A stretch of DNA of 63,848 bases, the filler included, from Klebsormidium nitens (lineage: Eukaryota > Plantae > Klebsormidiophyceae): NCBI GenBank assembly GCA_000708835.1. It is 4 parts of 4 records of this genome, joined end to end, with 100 filler letters (N's around TTAATTAATTAA, not from the genome) between each part and the next. Parts side by side here need not be neighbours in the genome. Positions count along the whole stretch, not along the records: positions 4,675 to 31,596 come from DF237819.1; 3 more parts are not named here. One strand, written 5' to 3'. The notes beneath the pieces were generated by a model. The model was not told the DNA's origin, did no database searches, and worked only from the letters and a program-made list of their open reading frames with translations. Made by a program: the position numbers and the translations under genes. The number at the start of each line of letters is the position of its first letter. Within the stretch, counting starts at the first letter, position 1. Of this stretch, positions 12,601 to 25,900 are shown piece after piece.

Positions 12601-13256
12601 ATGGATGTGAGTGCATATCATGCATTTTCGTCGCATATATGATATCAAATCATTGAATGTGATTGCATGGTAAACCATCATTAGTAAACAACACCAAAAT
12701 GGCCTGGACCATGGCGGCCCTTTGATGCAATTGGATATGAACCTTAAAATCATGTCTCGATTATTCAAACGCGGCAAATGAATAGTGCTCGCTAAAGACG
12801 CCAGCGAAGCGGCCTGTAAGCGATATCTGTAAGCGATATGGAGCCAGCATGATTCAATTGGTTTCCAATCAGGTTTGCAGATTCAATTGTACAACTAAAA
12901 GGCGGACCATCACAAAAAGGCCTGGGATTTGCGCATGGTCTGTGTTTATCATTTGCAACAAAGCCCAAAAGCGTAGTCTACAGACGTATCTGAATTTTCA
13001 ATCGCTTGTAACCCCAGCCTTCTGCCGCTAATGGAACTAAAAGTCTGTACGGACAGCTCTGTCTAACATATGTTTGAGCATTCATAGTGTACAAAGTCGG
13101 AGCGAGTTTGCTCCCCAGGCGTGCGGTTCTGTGTAGCGAGCTTGAGCGTGCACATATGGGCGAGCCTCATCTTTCCTCTCGACCTCTCCGGGTTCTCTCC
13201 GGCTCCCTCCTCTCCTGCTAGAGGCGTATCCACCGGCACTCGCCGTGGCGCCCGGC

Positions 13257-16200
13257 CTAGTTGCGCTGCAACCGGCTGGCGTGCCGGTCGGCGCCAAACA
13301 TCTCCACTCCCGTGTCCGCTCTGCAGCACGGAGCAGGCACACCATGGGGTGGGGGGCGGGTGGCCGGTGGAACTCCCGGAATACTTGACTTTTCAAAAGT
13401 AGGGGCTGAACACTTTCAGACCACAATGAGTCACACCAAAAGAGAGAAACTTTAGCTGAACGAGCGGAAGGAGCATCTTCTTGAATAGGAAGCAGATCTC
13501 TGTGCAGTACTAGGATCTCGTCACACGAACGAGGCCTCTTTTGACGCGGGATCCAGATTCTTCTTGGTATCGCATGCAGCAGCCCCAAAGCCGATCAATC
13601 TGATCTGCCAAACGGGAGCCAAGTCACAAGGCTTTTGCGGAAGACGGTCACCGTCTTTGTGCTTAGAAACGCTTGTATTGAAACCCATTCTGGGTCAGTC
13701 AGGAAGAGGGGAATCAGCAGATTACTTGAGCAGATACAAGAATCAGAATATCGTCTCGATTCGCCTCCCGTCACCAGTAGGGAGTCCTCTGTCCACCTCC
13801 TCGTCGCCTTTCTCCTGCATCATCGTGCTCTGCCACTGCAGTCGCCCTTCGTTGGCAGCCCCCCTGCCCACCGGGGCCCCGACCGAAAGCCCCCCCCCCG
13901 CCCGGCGGCTGCTCCTCTGCCCGCAGCTCGACTTCCCCCCCCTCCCCGGGCGGCGCTCACCTGTAGACGTGTGTGAAGAGCTCGGCCTCCTCGGGCTCCG
14001 GGCTGGCCTCGCTCTCCTTGACCGCCGCGTCCACCTCCGCACGGCACTCCTTGGCCAGCGCCTTCAGCTCCTCCGCCGTGGCCAGCCCCTCCTGCACGCA
14101 GGGCGCACCGCGCCAACGTCACCGGGGAAGAAGAGAGGGCGGGCGGGGTGGGCAGCTTGGAGAGAACAAGCGGGGTATGAACGAGGGGGGCACATGCGAG
14201 GGGGTGCGGCAGTGGTACCTTGGTGATGAGCTTGTGCACGAGGTCGATGGGGTCGCGCTCGCGGCGCACGCCCTGGATCTCGTCGCGCGTGCGGTACGTG
14301 CTGCCGGGGTCAGACATGGAGTGGCCGTGGTAGCGGTACGTGTCCATCTCCAGCAGGATTGGGCCGCGCCCAGCCAGGCACCACTCCTTGGCGTGCGCCA
14401 CCGCGACCTTGACCGCGAACACGGACATGCCGTCCACCTTGATGCCCGGGATGTAGCCCACGCGGTCGTAGAAGCCGTGGTGCGCCGACGCGCGCGCCTC
14501 TGCACGCACGCAGCAGCAGGCTCAGCGGCAAAGGGCGCAGGGCGGCAAGCAGCGCAGGCAACATTGCCGATCAGGCGGCTCCACACGATTCGGATGGGAG
14601 CGGAGGGGGCAACGGAGCAGGAAGGCTGAGCGGCGCAAGGGGAGACACGAATCCCGGTAGCTGCGGCGAGAGCGCCCCCGCGCCAGGGGTGACGAGCCCA
14701 CCTACCTGAGGTGCCCATCCCTGCACGGACCGAGGCGGGCGTCAGCACAGCGGCAGCAAAAGGGCGGTGAGGCATGAGCCGCAAGACGTCTTCCACAACC
14801 AATGGAGCAACGGAGCCCTCAGACGCGGCCACCCGAGGGAGTGGGACGCAAGCAGGGCGCGCAGCAGGGACAAAGGCAAGGGCCCAGGCAGGACCGCCTG
14901 AGGCGACAGCAGTGGGGGCCGACGGGGCTAAAGTCGCTCACCGAAGTGGTTGTTCTCGACAACGTACACGATGGGCAGCTTCCACAGCGCCGCCATGTTC
15001 ATGGCCTCCGCCACCTGGCCCTGGTTGGCGCTGCCGTCGCCGTACATCGCCACCGCCACGTTGGGCCTGCGCGGAAGCCCGACGCATGGCCCGTCAGAGG
15101 ACCCACAGAACGAGCCGAGAGTGGACCACACAGGCACAGGGGGCCCCGCACAGCCGAGAGGCTGCTCAAATTCAGCTGGGGGAAACGAAGGAACAGCAAG
15201 GCCGTCAAAGCGGACTGCCCAACAGCCGCAAAAGCTCACCGCACTTGTACGAAATGTCAGATGATTCTGGCAGAGGTGAAGCTATCAAAAGAGTCTCAGC
15301 ATGTCAACGCTCATTCCGGTCGTGCTGGGCTGCTAGACATGCGCACTCACTTTTTAAGATACTGCAGCGCGTACGCCAGGCCGGTGCCCAGCGGAGGGGG
15401 AGTGCCCACCTGAGGCAAAAGCGATGCTCCTCAATGGGGGCAGAACAGCATAGGCCGCAACACGTTCGCCAATGAGTCACCAGGAAAATCGGGGTCGCAA
15501 AGAGTCGGCCATTGAGTGTGACTGGTGCCAACACACAAACGATTGCCTGTCTGACAAATATGACGCATACGACGTGCAGGGGTGCATGACACTTGGGCTC
15601 ACTCTCTGTAGTCAATGGATTGGGTGCCACATGAACACGAATCCAACCCAATAAGAAGGCACTTCACAGACCAAGGCAATCAACACCATCTCCTGCTTTT
15701 GGTCAGGACAGCACAGGGCGTTCATTTGGGGCCTTGGCGATCTGGCAAGATTGCGACGGGGGCTCTCACAATGCCATTTCCCCCGTAGTAGTGGTGATCT
15801 GCAACAGGAACGAATAGCCATGACAAACTGCTCATTTAATTCCCAGACATAGACAAACTTGTCAAGAGCAGTTTTTCTTACTTCGTATGACGCTTTTGCA
15901 TGAAACGTTGGAAGAAATCTATCGTAATCAGCAACTGAAAAGCAATGAGCTGGTCACTTTCAGCGGCAGGTATATCTGCTTCACTCTTGCTCTTGACCAG
16001 CTATGCTGCTCTGATGCATAGAACAGCCCAAGCGCGCCCCCAATCGAGGCATATGACTGGCAGTGGGGCCAAATTGCGGGCCACTGCCTGCTCAGATTGA
16101 GAATGCATCTAATTCGGGGGAGGGGGAGGGAAAGGAGACAGATGGACGAGAGGAAGATTCAGATTTGAAAAGCTGACTCTAATCACGGGCTTTAGGGGCC

Positions 16201-17414
16201 CTTGAAATTGTTTTTCTTCTGATTCAGGCCAGTGCGATAAGAAGCCCTCTCTTGGTGCATAGCCAGACAAAGCAAGTGGCCCTTCCTGCCAGCTCGTGTC
16301 TTTGCGCGACTCACCTAGGTGGTACATGTGCATGGAGCCACCCTTCCCGCGGCTGCACCCCGCCTGCCGCCCCAGCAGCTCTGCCACCACCTGCGCAGGG
16401 ACGCAGCCAGGCACCACCGCTCAGGAGTCCACTGGGTAACACCCGCCACCACTGGCGCGGGTCACACAACCTGCGGGCAGTCGCGCAGTCCTCCACAATT
16501 CAATGCCCTCTGTGGGGCCTCCAAAAGCCACCACCTGTGGACTGGACCCCTCCTTGGCTGCCACCCGACCCTGCAGACAAGCGCCAGTAGGAAGCACACA
16601 GCTGTGTAAGCTCCAGCCTGCCTTGCCCGCCATGCCGGGCGTGCCCTCGGCGGAGTGCTGGTGGAGCTACCCCCTGCCGCTCACCTGTGTGACGGTGGCC
16701 CCACGCCCCAGGTAGTTGCAGTGCTCTGCAGCAAACAGCCAAGAAACACGTCAGCACCACCTCCGCCACTGTTGAGGCCCCGGGGCAGGTGGGGCAAGGT
16801 AACCTCACAAGAGCCTGCCTCAGGTGTGCTCTTCCCGCCTAGCCCAATCGCGCGTGCTCCGTGCGCTCACCCCGATATGCAGTAATGAGGGGGTCTTCCC
16901 ACGTGAGCGCAGCCTCCATGCCCACTGCCACCGCCTCCTGGCCGTCGTACAGGTGGCAGAAGCCGCGAATGTGGCCCTGCTTGTACAGCAGGTCCGAAGC
17001 GATCTCCATGCGGCGCATCACATTCATCACCCGGAAGAAGCGGAACAGCTCCTCCCCACTCGTCTCTGTGTGCTGGGGGGGCGGATCGCAATTGTGAGCC
17101 AGAAACTGCATGCACACAGGAGGGCCCAGGTCAGCTCGCACGCACACACCCTGAGTTCCCCCTGCGAGACAATGCTGGCCATAGCTGCCATGCATGCATG
17201 CCGCGCCGGGCCGCGGTGCCCCGGGTTAGCTGCTCACCGGCACAGGGATGTCCACGGGGATGGGCTTGTCATCCTGCGCTGGCGAATGCTGCTCTGCCTG
17301 GCCGCTCCAGCTGCGGGCCAGCAGGGCATCAGGCCACGACAACACGCGCCCGCCGCCCCCAACCCGACTCAAGAGGGGCAGCCCGCAGCGGAGCATGGCA
17401 CCCGCGACAGGCAT
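13257..17414 (-). CDS. PDHA: Mitochondrial pyruvate dehydrogenase E1 alpha subunit (multi-exon)
   Basis: Exons give [82 protein letters not shown] and [22 protein letters not shown]. The last exon (13320-13257) is [13 protein letters not shown]. Confidence 0.95.
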
Positions 17415-17942
17415 GGGGACAATACTGTGCAGCAGCTGGAACGAAGTCCTTGCAAATTGAAATGGAATTGAGAGCTAGATAGTAGATACGATTGGGGCAG
17501 ATTGAACGCACATTCGCTGCGAGTCTGACGACTCTGACCACTAAACAAATTAAATAGACTCGACTCGACTCAGATCGAGGAACTGGTCACTTTGCGAGCT
17601 TTGACAAATCAACCTGCACTCTGCACTTCGTCATGCTGGCATTGCTGCACGTCCGGCCGCGCAGTGGCGTTCCTGGCACCTGCGGCGATGGCAGTATACT
17701 GGTAGTACCGCACTATTAAGACTACGGTGGCAGCAGGACGGATCTACCTACGTTAGCAGCTGTGCATTTGGACCAGGGGCCAAAGGCTTTGGTGGAGGCA
17801 TACTACCAGAATGCTGGCCCAGGTTCCGTGGAAGTAACGGTTCAACGGCAAAGCTGATGTTGATAAGACTATTGTATTAGGTCCGTGTGGTAGTTCTACT
17901 CCTGGTTGTGGTGGTGCAGCCCTTCGCTACGTACCCGCCGAC

Positions 17943-19191
17943 ATGGCGCTGTCGTGGACCGCTTCTTTTCTTCGTTGCCGCTCGCTTGAGTGGGCCGCGC
18001 TGCTGCGCCCCTGCGCCGCCTTGCCTCTCGCACCCCTGGCCCACCAGCCCTTCACCTCGCATGCCTCGCTCGAGGTGCCCAAGTCTTCTGCCATGGCCGC
18101 CCCCGTCAACAGCTCCCTTGCGGGGTTGCCCCATCAAAGTGTCCCGTGCGAGCGGGAGGCGCTGCTGACGTGGCTGCGGCTGCTGCCCGGGCAGTCATGG
18201 GGGTGGTCGCCACGACCACGCATCGACGCAGAGGCGGAGAGGGACTGGCAGCGCCTGCTGCTGCTGCCGCAAGGGGCGTGGATCGGGGTGCCAAGCACAC
18301 AGGAGCATCAGAGTGAGCGCCCACGCAGAGAGGGGAAACAGGCCGTGCCAGGTGGCGGCGCGCATCGGAGAGCCAGCGCTAGGATCAAGTGTCTTAACCC
18401 CAAGTGGAGAGGATCGCCGTTGCAAATGCTGCGCTCCCAATGCCCCCTTGGCACTTCAACATTCCCTCTACCGCTCTTTCTGGGTTGTGTTTTCCTTTTT
18501 TCAGCTGCCCGGCGGGCTTTGTCTCTTCTCAGGCGAGCGCGGCTGGCGGTGATACTGCCTCTGCTGATGCTGCCCTGCTTGCTTCTCCTGTGCAGGCCCG
18601 CCCAGCTGTCCTCCTACCTTCGGGCCAGAGTGAGGACTGCACTGTTTGACGTATGACGGTTGTGCTTCCAACAATGTATGAAGGAAGAAGCTGCTGCTCG
18701 TGCTTCCAACCGCTCCTGCCTGCTCTGTTTTGCGGCCCTCTCTTGTGCCCAGGCTTGCGCTGCCGGCCTGTTTCTGTTCGTCATCGGCAGTGTCAGGCAG
18801 AGGCCCAGGCTGTGTGTGTGGGCGTGCGTGCAGGGCGCTGCAGGCCGCCACCAAGCGCACGTACCAGCCCAGTAATCTGAAGCGCAAGAGGACGCACGGC
18901 TTCTTGATCAGGTGGGCCAGCAGATCGACGCAAGCGTCGCTGCTCTGCTCCAGCAATGGGATCGCGCTCGAAGGGGCCACTGAGGCTGGGCCCAGACAGT
19001 AGATGCAGGCGGTGCCACCGGCTCGCCCCTTGGAGGCCATGCTGTGTGTCACCTAGATCGTGCTTTTGGATAGAGCAAGTTCCGTTCCTCTTTTCTGACA
19101 GGGTTTCTACTGCTGCAGAAAACAAAGTGTTGGGGGACGACGGGTTTTGGCAAGGCGAATCGCAAAGGGACGGAAAAAACTCTCTGCTTGA
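17943..19191 (+). CDS. MRPL34: Mitochondrial-type ribosomal protein bL34m with long N-terminal extension (probably 4 exons)
   Basis: The penultimate exon (ending 18911) and 19119-19191 splice to [44 protein letters not shown], the L34 signature. The N-terminal exons are less certain. Confidence 0.88.
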
Positions 19192-20294
19192 GCGGTCACC
19201 GGGCTTGCTTGACACTCAGCAGCCAGTTTGGCGGAGTGGGGAACTACCTTGCACGTGGGGCTCGATAACAGTCTTCAGGTCTGCATTTGCGCCGCCGGAT
19301 CGACATTGGTCGTTGCTTGCGCAACCATTGCAAGTTCTCTATATTCCAAGTTCATTTTGATCGCAGCGCTTTTTACAGTCTACTCAGGTCGCTTACTACA
19401 CATTATGAATGGCAGCCCCCCAATCTGCCACATATGCTTGGTCGTTCACTGACCAACATCGAGCTCATTTTTGTAAACCTCAAGGCAGCTAGCCGCTGCT
19501 TGTACACTAAATGCACACTTGCGGGCTTACATGTTACACGAGTGAATGCACAAAGGGTCCCATTGTGCATGACGGTTCAAAATGCATCAAAGGTTGCGCG
19601 CGTAAGGTCAGTCCATGCACTTTCAAGGCCGATTGATCAAGAAACGTTATGAGCATTTAGGATCGGACGGCTAAGTACGTATAAAGCTAAACCTCAACGA
19701 CTTATCATTTTTTGGGTCAATGTTGGCCTCAGCCTACTTCTGAGGCGTATATAGATGCACATGGCCCATGACAGCTGTATGTGTACTCGCGGAGCCTCAT
19801 CAATTCTAATGCGGTTGATTATAGATCTTTCAACCGCGGCCGACCTGTGGCACCCTAGGCCTATCCCCCGGTGTAGGACCTACACACTGACGACTCCACC
19901 CGTCATCTAGATTGAACAACGTGCAGGCACTCGCTTGCAACCGTCAATCGTTTTCAGCTAGATGGTACCTGAGCCGAGCTTATTGGGGACAACTGCATGA
20001 GCTGCATGCGCAATGATCGTACTCATTTGTGCAAGCACTGCCCAATCGTCGACTTAGTGCACATGCAAGACCCCGCAAATTTGAACTTCCTCCGCAGAAA
20101 GCAATAACACTGAAGGGCAACTCTCAGCCTCATGAAGGATGGAGCAACACATTCGAGGTACGGATTAAAAGCAGCAATAAGTGACGAAATGCGACCCAAT
20201 TGCTTATAGTCTGACCTTATCACGCCAGCTTTCATTCTCAAACCAATCGTCACGTTCTTCCCCATTGTGTCTGGACGGTACGGTTATGCCAAGC

Positions 20295-21967
20295 TCATGA
20301 GACTGCGCTCTCCCGAGCCTGCAAGCCTTGCCCCGGCCCGGCGGCCAGTGGCGCAAGCTGTTTGCGCATGAGGCTGCGGCGGCGCTGCAGGAAGAGCCAG
20401 CTGAGGGGCGTGTCGCGCGCCACCACGCAGTACCCCACTCCAGCGTAGACGTGCTGCGGGACGGAGTCCACAAAGCGCACATGCAGATACAGCGCGCGCT
20501 TGCCCAGTGCCGCCGCCAACTCCTCTGAGGCTACCAACAGCTGGCGGGCAACGCCGCGCCTGCACCCCCACCACACGCTCAGAAGCACGCCGGGGCCCAA
20601 AGAGGAGAATACTAGATTGTCAACGAAAGAAGCGGCCACCATCAAATCAAAAAGCATAGAAAAGGACCTCCTTCGCTCTGCACGCGTTTTGTGTTTGAGC
20701 GCGGCAGCATGTATGGTGCGCTGTACGCGGCCGACCTGCGGTGGCTAGGCTGGACCGCCATGTTGGAGAGGTAGGCGCTGGAGCGGTGGGGCGGGACGTT
20801 CAGTGTGGGGAAGCGGGGCAGGCTGCGCACCGCAAACGCGAGGCTCACAGTGCCCACCAGCACGGCTTGAGCCAGCGGGGGATCCCCTGAAGAGGCAGGG
20901 GGGGGATACCAGAGGGCCGCCTGGAAGTTCCAACACAAGAGGGCAGAGGTGAGAAGGATGGAGACAGCGACAAGTGAGAGTAGCACCATCAGAGGACGCG
21001 GACATGAGCAGCCTCCTTCGCACATTCTCAATGGCAACACACCGGCCAGCACCAAGTCCCCAGCTGGACAGGGCGCTGCAGCGCTGGTGTGTTTGTCTGT
21101 GGTAGGCGTGCTGGGGCGCGCGCGCACCAGGCAGACCCCCTGGCCCTTGGCGAAGAAGCGCTCCTGCTCCGCGAGGTACCTGACAATCTGCGTGCGGATG
21201 TAGCCCACCAGCGACGCCGCGTCAATGGAGTCCGCAAAGGACTCCGCCAGCAGCCCCACCGCCGCCTGCACCCCCCACCACCGCAGCCAGCGTCAGCCGC
21301 GCACCAGGGAGCCCTGCCGCAAACGGCGCTGCGCCAGGCAGCTGCTAGGCAAAACAAGGTGGTGGCGCCCCTGGCTGCCCCGCCTGCCCGCAGCGCAAGG
21401 CCTTGCTGCGGTGCTCTCTGTGGGGTGTGCTCCAGGGCGGCCCCTGTGCCAGCTCACCTCGTAGTGCTCTGCGTCCAGGGGCTGGATCACGAGGCGCCCC
21501 CCCTGGTGCGCCACCTCACGCCGGTAGCCCGCCACCAGCTGTGCTGGCGACACTGCCGGCCAGAGGGCCTCTGGGGGCACACGGCTCTCTCCCTCCAATG
21601 CACCTCCATTGCTCCCCCTCTGCGGCTCCACCTTAGGTGCATCCCGCGCGCTGCAGGAACACAAAGAGGCCGCCCGCCGCTGCACTTGCGGAGGGTCCAG
21701 CGGCCAGCCATGCCCGAGCAGCGGCCAGAGGGAGCCCCAGGACGGAGCAACAGCGAGCGGCTGTTGAGGGCGGCAGCTTCTGCGGGCGCCATGTCTTGCA
21801 GGCGGCTGGTCAGCAGGGCGGCGGCATGGGCGGCCAGGACAGGGTGGGCCAGCTGCAAGGGGAGACTCCAAGGCAGGCCCCAAGCCACGGCAATGGGGAG
21901 CGAGCCAGGCCGTTCCAGTGTGGTGGAGGTACGGGGGCGGCAGGGGAACCTGGAAGCACACCGCCAT
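20295..21967 (-). CDS. GNAT-family N-acetyltransferase, probably organelle-targeted (multi-exon)
   Basis: Exons give AAVGLLAESF, LVGTVSL, AYLSNMAVQPSHRR|GVARQLLVASEELA (acetyl-CoA motif A), and LYLHV..VYAGVGY. Confidence 0.8.
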
Positions 21968-22186
21968 AGCCCCCGCCACCGTGTGCCGCTACCATGGGAG
22001 AGGATGACTCGCACGATCCATGTGAACAGACCGACGCCGACGGCGAGAGTTGAAGCCCATCTCCTACAGCAGTTTCCCTGCACACCGTCCGACAACATTG
22101 AGGGGAAACCGCGGTACCATTGAAACGGTAGTCATCGGTCTACCGTTTCTCTGGGCAATCCATCTCGAAGGACATCGACGACTTCA

Positions 22187-22499
22187 TGCCCGGTTCACAT
22201 GCGTCCAGTTTTGCTCAGTTTTGCTTGGTTTTGCCAAATATGTCCGACGTGGCAGCTCCGTAATCAGCGGGACGCATATGAACACCACTTTCGAAAACCG
22301 AGCAAAACCGAGCTCGGTATTTGCCGAGTATCCGAAAACTGGCCAAAACTCGCTGAAACTCGACCGCATTTCAAAGCTGCGTATTTGTCAAAACCGAACG
22401 CGGTCGACGGAGGCCGCGTTTTGAAAGATGAAAACGCGGCCCATTTTGCCGAGTTTTCGCCGGTTTCGGCAAACTTTGAAAACGCATGTGAACCGGGCA
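22187..22499. mobile_element. 313-bp MITE with perfect 18-bp terminal inverted repeats and a TCA target-site duplication (PIF/Harbinger-like)
   Basis: TGCCCGGTTCACATGCGT at 22187-22204 and its reverse complement ACGCATGTGAACCGGGCA at 22482-22499. TCA flanks both ends (22184-22186, 22500-22502). The interior is non-coding and rich in AAAAC/GTTTT. Confidence 0.8.
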
Positions 22500-22933
22500 T
22501 CAGCAGCTTGCCGTTCCATTTACCGGTACCGTTTATGAAAGTTGCAACTACAGTACTTCGGACTCTGTGTTATGCCGCTCCGGGGCTGCGGGGCTGCGGG
22601 GCTGCGGGGCGCAGCGGAGCCTGCTGCGGGGCGCAGCGGAGCTGCGGGGCCGGGCGGCCCGCAGCTCGCGCAAGCGTGACCTGACATCTAGCTAGCTGAA
22701 ATACCGTAGTAAAGGCTAGCAGCTAGCTAGTACTAGTAGCTGCGTGACCACTGCCAGCATCTGCTCGACTCGATGAACTGTGCAAACTGCAATGGACTTG
22801 CTTGCTTCAATCTTTGCTGATGTGCTTCGCGTCTGACGCCGCACATTGCCCCCGCCCAGCAGTTGCCGAGCCGCGGCATGGCGGCTGCCCGCTGGACCCC
22901 CCCGTCAGCGTGCTGCACGTTGGAGGCCCCGCA

Positions 22934-25900
22934 ATGAGCTTCCACAGGAGGCAGGAAGCGCCAATGCTGGCACAGCCCTCCGCAGCTCCCCTCCAAAACA
23001 GGCGAGTGGCACTCCGAAATATGACTGATCACACGGGCAGCAGGCATTGAGGCTGCCTGCCTCCTTGAGACCTCGGAAGGGCGTTTTCGGGCTGTGTTTC
23101 ACATTTGCTTTTCCTCACTATCGGCCTTCTCTGTGCAGGTTTGAGGACATTCAAACACCCCTCCTTCCCCCTCTGCAATCGCCCCTGCCCCGCCTCTGGG
23201 GCTTGGGCCTTTTTGGGCTGCTGCTGGTGGGTGCCACCCTGCGAGGGATCTAGGTTGATGGGCCGCTCGTGCAATGTGCCCACTCTGTCCTGCCTGGTCT
23301 GCATGGAACCAGCCTCTCATTCTAGTTGCTCGGCTGGTCTTCTCCAAGTGGCTTGTTGCATCCTGAAGCCCCTCCTGTGCGCCCTTTGGCCTGTGGCCTC
23401 ACCCGGTTGCGAGCTGTGGCCAGGCCCTGCTGCTGCCCCTGCTCCTGCTGGACCCCCTGCCCCGGCCCCTCGCGGGGCTGCCCGCCTGGCAGCTGCGCGC
23501 CGCGGCTGCGCTGCTGCTGCTTGGAGCTACGGGTGAGCCCCCCAGCCCCCCGCTTGCCTCCTGCCCCTCACTCACCTTCTTGCCGCCCCCACAGTCACCC
23601 TGCACTGCCCCCGTCCTGCCCCCGGCTTGATGTGCCTCGTCTGATGCGTGCGCCGTTGGCGCCCTTCCCCTGGCAGGCTGCCTGGAGCGCCACCTGATCT
23701 CCCTCCAGAAGCATGTCCGCCGCCAGGTGAGCGCCTCCTCACTTGGGCATGCGCCCGTATGCCGTCCAGCCCGAGCCTAGTACTCCAGGTGGCATGCCCT
23801 GCCCTGGCCGGCTGTGCTGACGCCCCTTCTCCCGGTGCGCGGACATGCAGGGCCACCTGGGGGCCTACCGCCGCCTCAAGCCGCTCAGCCGCCTGCCACT
23901 GCTCTTGGCTACAGCAGGTCAGGCCCTCATCTCGCCACCCTTGCCCCCGTTTGTGTCTCTGCCGACCCCACCTGGAGACAAGTACGGTGTGCCACATTGC
24001 CCGTGCTTCTCAGGCTGGCCTGCACCCATTGCACCCCTTGCGCATCCCTGCAGGGCTGGCGGGCCTGCTAGCAGTGGTGGTGGGGTCTGCGGGGCACCGT
24101 CGGGGTTCCGAGTGGCGGGGGCCAGCCGTGAGGTAGGGCGGGGGTGATGCATGGGCATGCGCTGGGAGGGGGTCCCCCTTGTTCCGCCGCAGCCAGCATG
24201 GCGCATTGCGCGTCTCCTCCTCCATGCCGTACCTGGCGCTCACCCTTGCCTTGGTTGTGCCCCCCCAGGTCCATTGTGGGTGCAGAGGTGCTGCTTATTG
24301 CCGCCGCTGTGGCTCGCTACACTGGTGAGGGCCCCTTGGCTTCCCAGGCAAGGGCCACCGCTGGGCAGGGGTTTGCAGCACCCTTTCACGTTTGCCGCCC
24401 TGCGTGGCCACTACGCTGTCCCTTTGCCTGCCTCCTGTTGCTCCATCTCGCCCCTGCTGCAGTTCATGTCGCCCTGCTTCGTCCTTACTGCTGAGCCCCA
24501 TTTCCTCTGCCGTTGTCCCCTCCCCTCCCAGCGCTCCTCCTGCAGTTGCCGCAGGGTGTTCCCGCCCCAGACACGGCCTCCTGCCTGCACTCCCCTCTGC
24601 AGTCGCCGCTGGCCCCATCCGTCGCCCCGCAGTGAGTCGGACCGAGCAACTCCTGACCGGCCAGCTTGGGGCAGGTCGCACAACTCTGCCTGAGCTTCCC
24701 TGTGGCCAGTGCCACCCGCCTGCGTGCCTGTTCCCCTCGTCCTTCTGCCCCACCCGCCTGTGCGTGTGCGTGTGCCTGTGCAGCGTGCCCGCCGCTGGCG
24801 CTGCCTCTGCCTCGCAGAGTGTGCTCGACCATCAGGCGGAGCTCCTTCGCTTCCACCAGGAGCGCATACATCACCTGGCGGCAGAGGTCAGCCCCCCCCC
24901 CCCGTCCTCGCTGCGCGGCCCACCCTGCCTGGACTGATTAAGCCAGGACCAAGGCCGCTGGCCGCCCGCTGGGTTTGAGCATGCCCGCTCTAGCGTCCTC
25001 CTGTTTCTGGCCGCCGCCCTGCTGCTGACTGCGGCTTCTCTCCGCTTCGGCCGTGGTGTGCAGGTGGTGCGGCTGCAGGAGGGTCTGGCGACCGCCGGCA
25101 CGCGGCCTCCGCTGGCGGGGGGGCCCACTACGCAGGTGACGCGCCACCTCCACCGCCGTGCCGAGCTCCGGGTCGTCTCACTACTGATCTTGCGCAGTGC
25201 CCCCTCTCCGCCTCCTGCTTCCCGCTGTCCAGATCCATCTGCGCCTGGCCGTGGTATGCCTGCGGTGCTCGCCGCCCCACCGTCTCCCTGCACTGGTGTG
25301 CGCGTGCAGGCGGACCTGGAGTACGGGCTGGCCACCCGCGAGCAGGAGCTGCGCACCGTGGCAGCAGAGGTACCGCCGCGCCGCCCTCTGCTGGCCTGCC
25401 TGCTGGGCCCAGGCCGCTCGACGTCCGTAGCGCTGTGCTTCTCTGCGGTCATCTGGCGCATCTGCCTCGGGCCGCTTGTCCGCCTTGGAAAGCGTGAGCC
25501 GTGTTGCGGGGGTCTCTAACTGCGCTGCTGCGGGGGTGTGCGTGCAGCGGGACGTGCTGGCCCGCGAGGTGCGCGGCGTGCGGGCGGTCCTTGCGGAGGC
25601 GCAGGCCGAGCTAGCGCGCCTGCGCTCCGCGTCAAAGCAGGTGCCTCGCCCGTCCGTCCCGGCCCTCCTTTTAACCTTGACCTTTGCTTCTCTTTGAACG
25701 GGTTGCTCGATAACCTGAGCTGGCGGCACTTCCATCCATGTCTGTGATCATATCTGCGGCCTGAGTGCCCCTGCGTCTGATGCACGGGCGTGTCTGCCCC
25801 TGCCACTTAACCTGTGTGCTTGCAAGAGTGCGCGGTGTTTGCGGGCGCCCTTACCAGCATTCTGCCGTCGGCGTGCAGCATGTCGAGGAGAACGCGCGGC

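Noticed and set aside
22579-22650. GGGGCTGC / GGGGCGCAGCGGAGC short repeats
   Set aside because: Low-complexity GC repeats without further structure.
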